Assembly (NCBI GenBank): GCA_963733035.1
Contig: CAVTBU010000005.1
Coordinates: forward strand, 2,336,001-2,400,000
Reading direction: 5' to 3'
Origin: Pirellulales bacterium
Lineage (GTDB): Bacteria; Planctomycetota; Planctomycetia; Pirellulales; PALSA-1355
Length of the DNA: 64,000 nt
Part shown: positions 51,399-61,976 of the stretch, in pieces
Layout: every line of letters begins with the position of its first letter
How positions within the stretch are numbered: the first letter of the stretch is position 1
Notes under the pieces: generated by a model
What the model was told of the DNA's origin: nothing
Database searches by the model: none
Seen by the model: the letters and a program-made list of their open reading frames with translations, nothing else
Translations under genes and position numbers: made by a program

Positions 51399-51572
51399 TG
51401 AGTCGTGCCAGAAATGGCCACCCGCGGCGCTGCCAGCCGCCGGCGACCGATCGCCTGCCGCTAGCAACGCGCTCGCGTTGACGCCCGTGGGCGGGGGCCC
51501 TAGAATTGGCAGGCTCATCTCTCAATGTCTTGTGCCCCAAGCGGTTGGGTTCTGTCTGGAGTTAGCGCTGCC

Positions 51573-52601
51573 ATGTCCTCCGCGTCGGCCGATCCGGCCC
51601 CCACGCACGCCGGTGGTCTGGGCGCAGCCGCGCTGCCGTGGCTGTTGTCGTCCACGCTCCACATGCTCGCCATCCTGCTGCTGGCACTCAGTTGGCAGTG
51701 GGCCACCGACAACGCCCCGCCCGCCGCGGGCATCACGCTCGATGCCTCGTTCCTTTCGGCCAGCGGCCACGAAGACGTGGCCCCCACGATCCAACTCGAC
51801 ACACCGCCAGCCGACGGCTACTTCGACGACCAGGAGCCGGTGCTCTATGCCGACGAGCGCGAGCAATCGCCCACCGGCGGCAGCTCGCTCAAGTCGCTGT
51901 TGGCCGAAGAGCCCGCGGTCGATCTGGCCGGCGTGCTCCCCAGCACCACCGCCGAGCTGGGTATTGGCGGCGAGCACGCGGGCATTGCCTCGGCGACGTC
52001 GCTGGCCAATGAACCGCCGCCCCCCAATCGCATGCGCGGCGGTCAGGCCCGCACCGGCGTGTTCGGCCTGGTGGGCGAGGGCTACAAGTTCGTCTACGTG
52101 TTCGATCGCTCGGGCAGCATGGACGGTCACGGCGGCGCGCCCTTGGTGGCCGCCAAACGCGAGCTCATCAACAGCCTCAAAGACCTGGGCACCACGCATC
52201 AGTTTCAGATCATCTTCTACAACGAAAAGTCGCGGATCTTCAATCCGGCCGGTCGCGACGGGCGATTGGTGTTTGGCAACGATCAGAACAAGAACCTGGC
52301 CCGGCGCTTCGTCGGCAGCATCACCGCCAGCGGCGCCACGCGTCACATGGAAGCCCTGGAAATGGCACTGCGAATGGGCCCGGACGTGATCTTCTTTTTG
52401 ACCGACGCCGATGAACCACAAATGACGCCGCAGGAACTGGCCCACATCGCCCAGATGAATCGAGGCACCGCGATCAACACCATCGAGTTCGGCACCGACG
52501 GGCATCCCGAGCCAGACAACTTCATTGCCCGGCTGGCCCGTCAAAACGGCGGCCAACACGTCTATATCGACGTGTCGCGGCTCGGGAGAGATCGGCCCTA
52601 G
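51573..52601 (+). CDS. Membrane-anchored vWA domain protein
   Basis: SSTLH TM motif, YVFDRSGSM (MIDAS), FFLTDAD and LARQNGG. Confidence 0.85.
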   Translation: MSSASADPAPTHAGGLGAAALPWLLSSTLHMLAILLLALSWQWATDNAPPAAGITLDASFLSASGHEDVAPTIQLDTPPADGYFDDQEPVLYADEREQSPTGGSSLKSLLAEEPAVDLAGVLPSTTAELGIGGEHAGIASATSLANEPPPPNRMRGGQARTGVFGLVGEGYKFVYVFDRSGSMDGHGGAPLVAAKRELINSLKDLGTTHQFQIIFYNEKSRIFNPAGRDGRLVFGNDQNKNLARRFVGSITASGATRHMEALEMALRMGPDVIFFLTDADEPQMTPQELAHIAQMNRGTAINTIEFGTDGHPEPDNFIARLARQNGGQHVYIDVSRLGRDRP

Positions 52602-52621
52602 CTAGGAACCGGAACGAGCAG

Positions 52622-53686
52622 ATGTCAGATGGCACAACGGGTTGCCGACGCGTTGCCGCGTGGGGCGTCTTATCGATCGCGGCATGGCTGGGCTGCCTTT
52701 CGGCAGCGCGGGCCGAAGACGTCGTCTATTTGAAGGCGCCCGACGGTGCCCGCGGCGGACAGCTGCGCGGCAAGGTGGTCGACTACACCGGCCGCGAACT
52801 GCGGTTGCAGAGCGCCGCTGGCCGCGAGCGCCGCATTCCGGCGGCCCAGGTCGAGCGCGTCGAGACCGAGCACAGTCTGGAGGAGTCGGCCGGCGATCGG
52901 CTGATGGAGCGGGGCGACTTTCGCGGCGCGATCGACCGCTATCGCCAGGCCCTGGAAACGGCGCGCGAGCCGCGCGATTGGGTGCGCCGCCAGATCCTGG
53001 CGCGGACAATCTGGTGTCAGCGCAATCTGGGCGACTGGGATCAGGCCGGCGAGTACTTCCTGATCTTGCTGGGGAGCGATCCGAGCACGCCGGACTTCGA
53101 TTGCCTGCCGCTAGTGTGGATCGATGAACCGTTGCGCCCGGAATTGCAACGCAAGGCCGAGGCCTGGCTCAACGACGAGCAGCAGCCCGCGGCCGTGTTG
53201 ATGGGTGCCAGCCATTTGCTCTCCACGGCTAAGCGACCCGCGGCGCTCGAGAAGCTGCGCGGCTTGCTCGGCAGTTCCGATCCGCAGATTGCCTGGCTCG
53301 CCTACGTGCAGCTCTGGCGGGCCGGCGCGAACAACGCCACGCCCGAGCAACAGCGAAGCTTCGCGCGCCGCATCGACGCCAACGACGAGCGCCTGCGCGC
53401 CGGGGCCTATTTCGTGCTGGGGCAGTCGCTGGCCGAGCAGCAGCCCGAAGAGGCAGCACTCGCCCTGATGCGGCTACCGGTGCAGTACGACCGGGAGTAT
53501 CGGCTGGCGGCCGCGGCCCTGGTGGCCGCGGGAAGCTGCTTGGAGCGGCTCAGACGGCCGGCACAAGCCGCGGGGCTCTATCGCGAGGTGGACGAGCGGT
53601 TCTCGCAGTCTGGCGAAGCCGCCCAGGCGCGGCAACGGCTCGAGCGACTGGCCTCGCCGAGCGCGGTGCACGACAATGAACCGTAG
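52622..53686 (+). CDS. Secreted TPR protein
   Basis: EDVVYLK N-terminal domain; TPR-like helices (AALALMRLPVQY...AAGLYREV). Confidence 0.75.
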   Translation: MSDGTTGCRRVAAWGVLSIAAWLGCLSAARAEDVVYLKAPDGARGGQLRGKVVDYTGRELRLQSAAGRERRIPAAQVERVETEHSLEESAGDRLMERGDFRGAIDRYRQALETAREPRDWVRRQILARTIWCQRNLGDWDQAGEYFLILLGSDPSTPDFDCLPLVWIDEPLRPELQRKAEAWLNDEQQPAAVLMGASHLLSTAKRPAALEKLRGLLGSSDPQIAWLAYVQLWRAGANNATPEQQRSFARRIDANDERLRAGAYFVLGQSLAEQQPEEAALALMRLPVQYDREYRLAAAALVAAGSCLERLRRPAQAAGLYREVDERFSQSGEAAQARQRLERLASPSAVHDNEP

Positions 53687-53734
53687 GGCGCGGCGAGCTG
53701 TCATCCCTTGTCTGTCCACTCGAGCCATGACATT

Positions 53735-56228
53735 GTGAATCGCAAGCACCGCCTTTTCGGGCGAAAGATGTCCATCGTTGGGCTGGTCGTCGCCCTGGTG
53801 GCGCTGGCGGCGCGTGGTCGGGCCGAATCGTACGACGCGCAGTATCTCGACGGCCTGCGGCAGCGGCGGCTGTACGAGTTGGCCGAGAAGTACTGCGCCG
53901 ACCGTCTCGACGACGAAGCGCTCGGCGATGCGCGGCAAGCGGGGCTCACGATCGAGCTGTCGCGCACGCTGGCCGAGCACGCCTTGAATGCCTCGGCAGC
54001 CGATGCCCCGGCGCTGTGGCAACGAGCTCGACAGGTGCCCGATCGGTTTGCCGACCGCCATGCCCGCTCGCCGCAATTGCTGCTCGTCCGCTTACAAGGC
54101 CAGCTCGCGTTGGCGGCACAGGGTGAAGCCGCCCGCCAGGTTGCCAGCGATCAGGATGATGTCCAGGCGACGGGTGACGCCCGCGCCGTGTTGCGCGAAG
54201 CCATCGCGGGTTTGGAGGCGCTCGACGGCCAAATTGCGGATCAACTGCGGCAAAGCCGTGCGCCAGCCAGCCGCGACGGGCTGTCGACCGCCGAGTTGCA
54301 GTCGCTGCAAATGAACGTGCAGCTTGAACTTGCTCGCACCTTGCGCAATCAGGCGCTTTGTTATCCAGAAGGGAGTCCCGATCGGATCAACGCGTTGGTG
54401 CGCGCCGGCGAAGCGCTTTCGGCGGTGATGCGGCCTAACGAGCGGAGCATGCTTACCTGGTCGGCCGAACTGGAAGAGGTCGCCCGCCAGCGACTGCTTG
54501 GCGAGTATTCGACGGCCGCCCGCAAGTTAGACGAACTCGATAAGACACAGCCGCCGCCGTCGATCGCCCAGCAAATTCGCGCCGAACGGATGCGGTTGGC
54601 GCTGGCTCGCGATCGCGTGGACGACGCGCTGGCCGAAGCCGGCACGGCCGCCAACATGCCACACGGTCCGGAGGTCGACTTTGCGCGGCTAGAAACGCTG
54701 CTGGCCGCGGCGCATCGCGCTCGCGAGCGGCGGCAGGCCGAACGTTCCGCCGAGTGGCAAAGTCGAGCCGTGCAGCAGGCCCAGGCGATTGGCCGCACAT
54801 ACGGGGCTCACTGGATGCGCCGGGCGGAGTCCTTGTTGGCACGCTCGGTGGCAAGTGCCGACGGACCGCAGACCGCCGACACGCTGAGCTTCGCCGCCGC
54901 CGGTTACTACCGCGGAGGACAATTCGACAAAGCCATCGCGGCCTTCGACGAAGCTGCGCGAAAGGCTCGCGAGGCCAAGCACTCGAAGCCGGCGTTTGAT
55001 GCGGCCTATTCCGCCGCCACGATCGAAAAAGAGCGAGGCAACTTTCGTGAGGCGCTCGAACGCTATCGCCGGCTGGCGCTCGACGCGAAAGACGAAGATC
55101 GGGCCGCGGCGGCACACTTGCTCGCGATCTACTGCGCGGCACAGCTCGCGCAAGCTTCGCGCCCTCCGAATCTCGACCAATACGAAACACTGCTGCGCGA
55201 GCACGTCGACACCTGGCCGAGTGCTGCCACGAGCGCGCAAGCTTATAGTTGGTTGGGGCGGCTCGACGAGCATCGGGGAGCGTGGCAAGCGGCCATCGAC
55301 TGGCTGGTACGCGTGCGGCCGGGCAATCCGCAATACGCCGAAGCCGTGGCGGCCATCGGCCGTTGCTACGAAGGCTGGCTGGGCGAACTGCACGCGCGCG
55401 ACCAAGATGGTCAGCGGCTGGCGAACGACGCACTGGCCGCGTTGGAAGGCATCACCGGCAATGCACGTCCCAATGATGCCACGCGCGCCGCCACGCTGTC
55501 TGCCGCGCGGATCTGGTTGCTCGAATTGCCCAATGGCGCGGTGCCGGCCGAACGGCTGCTGCGCGGTGGGCTCGAAACCGACGCGTCGGCGCCCCCCGGC
55601 TGGCAGACCGAGGCGCGACGCTGGCTCGTGCCGGCGCTGGCAATGCAAGGCAAAGGCGGACAAGTCGATCAGGTGCTCGACGCAATTCGCTCCTCGCCGG
55701 CCGAAACGCTCGCGGTGCTCGCCGCGCTGGCCGCGGTGCGCGAGCGGCATGCCGGTGACGAAGCCCGCAAACTGGCCCAAATGGAACTCGACATCGAAAA
55801 CCGCCAGCTCAATCGGGCCAGCCGCACTCGACGGCGATACGCTTCGTGCGGTGCGCCGCCGTCGGGCGATCACGCTGGCGGAAACCGGCCAGCGCAAACA
55901 GGGGCTCACCGACTTGCAGAACCTGGCCCACGAATTCCCTCGCGATGGACAGACTCACGAAGACATGGCCCGACTGCTGGCCGCCGGCAACGACGCCGAC
56001 GTGCGCGCGGCATTGACCGCCTGGACCGAAGTGGCCCGCAAGAGCCGCCCCGGCACGGCCCGTTGGTTCCGCGCGTACTGCGGGCTGGCCGGCACGCAAC
56101 TGAAGTTGGGCCAGCGGAACGAGGCGCGGGCCACGCTGCAAGCCGTGGCCCAGCGTTTCCCCGAGCTCGGAGGCCCGCAAATGCGGCCGCGTTTCGAGAA
56201 GCTGTTGGACGAAGCCGGTGGCGGCTAG
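53735..56228 (+). CDS. Large secreted TPR-like protein; frameshift near 55815; start uncertain
   Basis: YLDGLRQRRLYELAE N-terminus and helical repeats; C-terminus continues in the 54996..56228 frame. Confidence 0.75.
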
Positions 56229-56321
56229 TAGCTGCTTCCGACCGGGGTCGGGTACTTGGTGATCGGTGGTCGTTGCGCTCGCGAAGTAGATGGTTTGCCT
56301 CTCTTTGACCCCAAGACTCGG

Positions 56322-57455
56322 TCACGGCGCGTAGATTTCGCAGCTCGACAGATACCTGCCGACGTAGTGGCCGCCGGCAATCAGCACCCGGCCGTTTTTC
56401 AACATGATCGCGCGGTGTCCGTTGCGGGCTTGTTTGAGCTTACCGGCGTTGCTCCACGTGCCTCGTTGTGGGTCGAACAGCTCCGCGGAGCTTCGCGCCC
56501 CAATCGGAGCAAAGGCGCCTCCGGTCGCCAACACTTGTCCGTTGGAGAGCAGCGTAGCCGTGGGGCCCCAGCGGGCCTCGTGCAGCGGGGCGACTGCCGT
56601 CCACTTTTCAGTCCGAGGATCAAACACTTCGACCGCGCTGAGCTGCTTGTTGCTTTTGGCCATGCGTGCCATGCCGCCAACGACCAGTACCCTCCCGTCC
56701 GACAGTCCTATCGCTGCTAGAGAGCGACGGGCAACGAGCATTGGCGCGGTTTCGCGCCAGCGGCCCGTGCGCGGTTCGTAAATCTCGGCGCTGTTGAGCA
56801 CGCGCCCTTCATCGCTGTCGAAGTTTCCGCCGACGACCAGCACGCGCCCGTCGTCTAGTCGTACGGCACCATGATTGAAACGGGGTATGGCCATCGCGCC
56901 GGTTTCGGTCCAGGTACCCGAGACCTCGTCATACAATTCGGCGGAGGCGTGCACCTGTCCGGTGAGCCAGTCGATCCCTCCGGCGACCAGCACCTTGCCA
57001 GGCGCAAATTGCGTTGCCGAGTGAACGCAACGGGGCACGTGCATTTCACCGGTGATGGTCCACTTGCCAGTTGTGTAATCGTAGAGCTCGGCTTCATGGA
57101 CCGAACGGTTCGCGGTGCCGCCGCCGGCCAGAAGATACTTGCCACCGGCCAGCGCGATCAGTCCACCGGGCTGCACGCCGTTGCGCGGCACGGAAAGCGA
57201 GCCGGTTGGAGTCCAGGCGTTCTTTTGTGGATCGTACAACTCGGCGCTGGCCAGACTCTTGCCCGACAACGGATGGCCGCTGACCGCCAGCACTTTTCCG
57301 TCGGGCATCACGGCCAGTCCCGGGTACTCGCGCGTCACTTGCATCGGCGCGGCCGCCTGCCACTGGCCCGCCAGCACGGCGGATGAGAAAGCCCAAAGTG
57401 CAACGAAGCAAAGCACATTGACTCTCGCAAAAATCGGGCATGTCGGCCTGATCAT
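56322..57455 (-). CDS. Secreted kelch-repeat protein
   Basis: Six repeats of DGxVLVxGG...AELYDP...W. Confidence 0.88.
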   Translation of the reverse strand: MIRPTCPIFARVNVLCFVALWAFSSAVLAGQWQAAAPMQVTREYPGLAVMPDGKVLAVSGHPLSGKSLASAELYDPQKNAWTPTGSLSVPRNGVQPGGLIALAGGKYLLAGGGTANRSVHEAELYDYTTGKWTITGEMHVPRCVHSATQFAPGKVLVAGGIDWLTGQVHASAELYDEVSGTWTETGAMAIPRFNHGAVRLDDGRVLVVGGNFDSDEGRVLNSAEIYEPRTGRWRETAPMLVARRSLAAIGLSDGRVLVVGGMARMAKSNKQLSAVEVFDPRTEKWTAVAPLHEARWGPTATLLSNGQVLATGGAFAPIGARSSAELFDPQRGTWSNAGKLKQARNGHRAIMLKNGRVLIAGGHYVGRYLSSCEIYAP

Positions 57456-57627
57456 GGTCGCACCTTGCAGTAGTAGTGACGATTCACGTGCAGCCGTAGG
57501 CGGCTGCATTGTCTGTCAGGCACGCGTGCGAGACAAGCAATCGCGGCGACGAGTGCGTGTCCGAATTGCAAGCAGAACGCCTGATTTTAGACGGCTCACG
57601 GCGTGAGCCTGCTCGATTTTGGCGATC

Positions 57628-57795
57628 CTACTCTTCGGCCTTTGACTCTTCCACGGCTTCCAACACGGTAACCGCGGCCTTGGCCATCAGATGTCTGATG
57701 CCGTGGGGCAGCGCGTGGGGGTAATGCTTGCGAAGCACTTCGGCGATGGCCCGCTCGCAGGCTTCCTCGAGTTCGCGGACTTCATTGTGGTCCAT
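57628..57795 (-). CDS. Small hypothetical protein
   Basis: GAGGAG RBS; HLMAKAAVTVLEA motif. Confidence 0.6.
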   Translation of the reverse strand: MDHNEVRELEEACERAIAEVLRKHYPHALPHGIRHLMAKAAVTVLEAVEESKAEE

Positions 57796-57997
57796 GCTGC
57801 TTATTTCTCCTCGCTGCGCAGTCGGTTCGGTTCGCAAAAAGTTGCGTGCGTCGAACAGGTTTCCCGGCGGTTTGCGATCCGGCTGAACCGTGAAAACGGT
57901 TGACTTATAATACGCCATTGTGCTCGCGTCGTCCCTTGCGTTTCGTCTCCGCACGGTTCTCGCCCTTTCCGAAACCTACCAGCAGGTCACGACCAAG

Positions 57998-58466
57998 ATG
58001 CTTCGTTTTTCTCGCCGTGCGACGGCAATCGCTGCTGGGTGTTGGCCGCTCGCGTGCGCTTGCTGCGCCCGGGCAAAAAAAAAGTGGATTCCCCAGCTGA
58101 ATCAACACTTCAACGATCCGGCGCAAGGTATCGCGCCGTGGACGCGGCAGCACTCAAGTTGAATTCGACGAGATGATCCCCCAGACGATCTTGGCGCATT
58201 AGCCGCTGTCCATGCTGATCCAATGCGTGGATGACAAGCATGTGCGGCTCGGTTTCAGGGCCCGCGATGACGAAGCCTGGTTGCTGTCGCGCCCCGATGA
58301 TGTCTCGCCACTGCTGCACGGACCGATTGGAGCGTTCGGCATGCACTGCTGGAGCACCACGATCGGCAAGATGTATGGCGCGCCGGCTGGTAGTCCGATG
58401 TCCCAGAAGTTCCTGATCGATTACGTCCACTACCGATACGGACTGTCCGCGGGGCGGAACGATTGA
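57998..58466 (+). pseudogene. Degraded remnant of a secreted protein
   Basis: Signal-peptide-like start followed by stops and frame breaks, then a coherent C-terminal fragment (QKFLIDYVHYRYGLS). Confidence 0.35.
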
Positions 58467-58472
58467 TCCCTC

Positions 58473-58733
58473 TTATTCGACTTCGACCACTTTTCCCGAG
58501 ACCGAAACTTCGACTTCGCGAATTTTGCCGTTGGGCATCTTGCCCCGGATTTCAAACACGTCCTCGCCGTTGACCTGAATCTTGCGGGCGCTTTCGAATT
58601 TGACGTCGGGCAACGTCTCCTCGGCAACTTTGACCAGCTGCGGTTCAATTTCGGCGATGGGCACGAACTGATTCGGCGCACTCTGTTTAGCACCACAACC
58701 TGCCAGCAGAATTAAAAGCAACGCGTATCGCAT
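58473..58733 (-). CDS. Small lipoprotein (PepSY-like)
   Basis: LLAGC lipobox; VFEIRGK...EVEVSVSGKVVEVE. Confidence 0.75.
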   Translation of the reverse strand: MRYALLLILLAGCGAKQSAPNQFVPIAEIEPQLVKVAEETLPDVKFESARKIQVNGEDVFEIRGKMPNGKIREVEVSVSGKVVEVE

Positions 58734-58741
58734 GGTCGTAC

Positions 58742-59665
58742 CTAAAACTGTTCTTCGATTGATTCATCGCCGGCACGGGTGGAAAGGGCTTCGAACACCT
58801 TGGGATCCATCTCGGGGGTCAGGAACGCGACGTGCGCGTCGGCAAAAACGAAATTAACGCCGCCCGAATGCCGGCTATAGAACATATCCGTTTCGCCAGT
58901 CGGATCACCCGGGCTTTTGTGCTCGCCCGACTGGCCGAGCACCATCGTGGAGCCGTGTTCCACTTCGAAGGTGCCGATGCCGTCATTGTCTCCTGGCCCC
59001 GGTGCCAAGAGGGCATCCGTCAAAGATCCCAACCAGGTGGCTTCTCCCAGCAAATGCGAACGTTCGCCGACGGCAATCGTGTGTGAAGTGCCGTCGGTGA
59101 TTTCGCGGAAGCGAACATGGCTGTTTCGAAAGAAGAGTCCCGAACCGTCAATGCCGGGTTCGGCATTCCCGAACATACCGACGTAATTGGCCGAAGCCAC
59201 ATCGCAAATTTTGTTTGCCGGATCAATCGTGCCAACCTCGTTGTAAGCGGGCCAGGTTGGTACGATGTTGTCGGATGGGCACAGGTAGGTCGAGACAAGC
59301 GTGGTTCGAATCGCCGCGTTGGCCGGGTCTTCAATCGGACGAGTAAAGTCGATGCGCCCGCGGATTGCCGTCTCTTCCAATTGACTCAGAAGCAGGGCGG
59401 CCCACCCCCAACCTGGACCGGTGTCCGTCCCGTCTGCCGTGAAGTTCGAGATATAACCGGACGGAAGCGAACGACTGGCGCTTTCATAGTTTTGCAGTGC
59501 GACGCCAATCTGGCGAAGGTTGTTAACGCAGGAAGTACGGCGGGCCGACTCACGGGCGGCTTGGATAGCGGGTAGCAGAAGCCCAACCAGCAGGCCAATG
59601 ATGGCGATCACGACCAGCAATTCGATGAGGGTGAATCCCCCACGACGATCTGATTTCCGCTTCAT
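58742..59665 (-). CDS. DUF1559 prepilin-type protein
   Basis: [27 protein letters not shown] and [14 protein letters not shown]. Confidence 0.93.
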   Translation of the reverse strand: MKRKSDRRGGFTLIELLVVIAIIGLLVGLLLPAIQAARESARRTSCVNNLRQIGVALQNYESASRSLPSGYISNFTADGTDTGPGWGWAALLLSQLEETAIRGRIDFTRPIEDPANAAIRTTLVSTYLCPSDNIVPTWPAYNEVGTIDPANKICDVASANYVGMFGNAEPGIDGSGLFFRNSHVRFREITDGTSHTIAVGERSHLLGEATWLGSLTDALLAPGPGDNDGIGTFEVEHGSTMVLGQSGEHKSPGDPTGETDMFYSRHSGGVNFVFADAHVAFLTPEMDPKVFEALSTRAGDESIEEQF

Positions 59666-59893
59666 TTTGACTTCCTTGGGGACCCGCTGAGTTTACCGCA
59701 GGGCGTGTACTCGCGTAAGTTTAAATGACCGTCGCAGCGTCTTGCCACAGGGAAACGACAAAGTCTTTGAAATGCGATAATCGCGATCATGCTTTGGGCA
59801 GCTCCAAAATGTGAGCATCTGATTAGCCATTTGTTCAAGTAGCAGTTCGGTAGCCCCATCATTCAATCGGCAAGTCGACCGAGGGAGGAAACC

Positions 59894-60391
59894 ATGACAG
59901 CCAAGTTGAACTTCGTCCGGCAGCAGGGGTTCCAAGATGCGTCGGCTGAAAGTTGCAGCTATCAATATCCGGCCTTGATGTGGCAACCCCGTGCGATGGC
60001 GGTGCTGGTTTTGATCGGCTTATGGTTTCAGGCCTGGCCGTACTTCCTGGTTTTGTCGGCGATTCTCTGGTGGAACGTAGTCTTCCCATCCCTCAATCCG
60101 TTCGATGCTCTCTACAATCTTGTGGTGGCCAGGCCCCAGGGCTCGCCGCGGTTGACTCCGGCGCCCAGCCCGCGCCGGTTCGCTCAGGCGATTGCCGGCA
60201 CCTTCATGCTCGCGATCGGTCTGTCGCTGCGGTTCAACATCATCTACCTGGCGTGGGCGTTTGAGGCACTGTTGCTCGCCGCGCTGAGCGCATTGATTTT
60301 TGGCGGCTTCTGCCTGGGCTCCTACCTGTTTTGGATTTTCGCGAGGCAGTCCGGCTTCGCCAACCGAACGCTCCCGTGGTCTCGCAACTAG
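59894..60391 (+). CDS. DUF4395 family membrane protein
   Basis: PRRFAQAI...GFCLG motif; GGAGG RBS. Confidence 0.75.
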   Translation: MTAKLNFVRQQGFQDASAESCSYQYPALMWQPRAMAVLVLIGLWFQAWPYFLVLSAILWWNVVFPSLNPFDALYNLVVARPQGSPRLTPAPSPRRFAQAIAGTFMLAIGLSLRFNIIYLAWAFEALLLAALSALIFGGFCLGSYLFWIFARQSGFANRTLPWSRN

Positions 60392-60589
60392 AAAATCGTG
60401 TCGGCCTCTACCGAGTCGAAGCCACCGGTTGTCTCGACGCTTGACCGTCCATGTCTAGTCCTGCGCGTCGAGCGGCGAGAAAATCGCCATGTGCGACCAA
60501 AATATGGCCGCCTTGTTTTGGCACAGTAAATTTGGGTTTTGTGTGACAAAAACCCAGTCACCTCCGCAATCTTTAGCGCGAGCCCGAGC

Positions 60590-61552
60590 ATGCAAAGCGT
60601 TCGTCCCTCAAATGGTTTCACCCTCGTCGAATTGCTAGTGGTGATTGCGATCATCGGCGTGCTGGTGGCGCTGCTATTGCCGGCCATTCAGGCGGCGCGT
60701 GAATCGGCGCGGCGGACGCAGTGCCAGAACCACATGCGACAGTTCGTGCTGGCGTTTCAAAACTTCGAGAGCGTCAAGCGACGGTTCCCCCTGGCGTATA
60801 CGAACCCCAGCACCGCCAAGAACAATTGGGCGCCGTTTGTGATGCCCTTCCTCGAGGAAGAGAATCTGATTCTCGGCTACGACGTCAACAAGGATTGGTG
60901 GCTCGATCCGAACAAGGATATTGTCGCCACGCAAATGTCCATCGTGCAATGCCCGTCGACGGCCGAACCCAACCGCATTCAGGATAAGCCCCAGGCAACG
61001 CCGCCCAACAAGGTCGGAGCGTGCGGCGATTATTTTACGCCAGCCGGCGTGCACCCCGACATCAATCTGACGCTATCGCCCGACGCACAGATCGACATCA
61101 GTGGCGATTTACGAGGGGCGATCTGCGGGTACAGCACCAAGAATCAGCGCAACCGCCTGGCCGACATTACCGACGGCACCGCGCAGACCATTCTGCTCGG
61201 CGAATGCGCTGGACGCGAGGACGTGTGGCGGCGCGGGGCCAAATCGGCCGTTCAATACACCGGTTCGCCTCGCGTCCGGGCGCGGGGCGGCGCGTGGGCC
61301 ACCACCGACAATCCCTACGAGATTGGTCAGACCAAAGCCTGGGACACCGCATTCGGCCCCATTCCGGGCACCATGGGCATCAACAATTCGAACGAATGGG
61401 GCCACTGCTTCTATAGTTTCCACCCGGACGGCGCGAACTTTGGTTTTGCCGACGGCTCGGTCCGTTTCTTAGGCGAACAAACAGGCCTACGACTGCTCGC
61501 CCGATTGGTCACCCGAAATGAAGGCGAGACGGTCGACGCAAGCGGGCTCTAG
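60590..61552 (+). CDS. DUF1559 prepilin-type protein
   Basis: [23 protein letters not shown] and HPDGANFGFADGSVRF (H-X9-DG). Confidence 0.93.
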   Translation: MQSVRPSNGFTLVELLVVIAIIGVLVALLLPAIQAARESARRTQCQNHMRQFVLAFQNFESVKRRFPLAYTNPSTAKNNWAPFVMPFLEEENLILGYDVNKDWWLDPNKDIVATQMSIVQCPSTAEPNRIQDKPQATPPNKVGACGDYFTPAGVHPDINLTLSPDAQIDISGDLRGAICGYSTKNQRNRLADITDGTAQTILLGECAGREDVWRRGAKSAVQYTGSPRVRARGGAWATTDNPYEIGQTKAWDTAFGPIPGTMGINNSNEWGHCFYSFHPDGANFGFADGSVRFLGEQTGLRLLARLVTRNEGETVDASGL

Positions 61553-61732
61553 AGTAACCGCTTCGTTTCATTCTCTTAAGCCGTCGCGATAAACATTGAC
61601 ATGTGCGATTACGCACTATAGGCTGCGGGTGTTGACCGGGCGGGGATTCTCAACTTCTCGCAAAAGGTGGTCGAAGCGACCTGTCCGGGCAAGGAATCGA
61701 ACCGCGTAATCCAACTTTTCCAGACGGCGATC

Positions 61733-61933
61733 ATGGGCGAAACATCGGACCAAGATTCCCCCAGCGAACAAAGCCTGCGCACGGACTGGTCGCGGCGGCT
61801 CGACGGCAAGCGCCCGGTGTACGACTGCCCGAAGTGTGGCCAGAAGGCAATGCAGTACTTCACGCAGTCGCTGGAAGGTTATCGCGAAGATTATTTTCGC
61901 TGCCACGCCTGCGGATCGAACTGGGAAATGTGA
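61733..61933 (+). CDS. Small zinc-ribbon protein
   Basis: CPKC...CHAC..W pattern. Confidence 0.5.
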   Translation: MGETSDQDSPSEQSLRTDWSRRLDGKRPVYDCPKCGQKAMQYFTQSLEGYREDYFRCHACGSNWEM

Positions 61934-61976
61934 ACGTCCGAGTGCAGGCCGGCTGATTTGCCGGCGCACGAGACGC

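Noticed and set aside
820..55830. Frameshifts in DUF1501 (~825), PIG-L (~16935), SLC13 (~20425), phosphoesterase (~24245), AI-2E (~29120), cytochrome c (~44050) and TPR (~55815) read as pseudogenes or programmed frameshifts
   Set aside because: Each is one 1-2 nt indel in GC/CG-repeat context in an otherwise intact gene, with no slippery heptamer or further decay; sequencing or assembly error is the simplest explanation and needs a read check
59810..59866. Fluoride-riboswitch-like sequence on the minus strand (GATGGGG...AACTGC...GCTAAT)
   Set aside because: The 3' pseudoknot strand (GAC.CCUAC) and P1 pairing are missing, and the downstream DUF1559 gene is not a fluoride-resistance gene
60533..60556. 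TGGGTTTT/AAAACCCA inverted repeat as a terminator
   Set aside because: No U-tract, and it lies just upstream of a start codon; it may be an operator but has no further support
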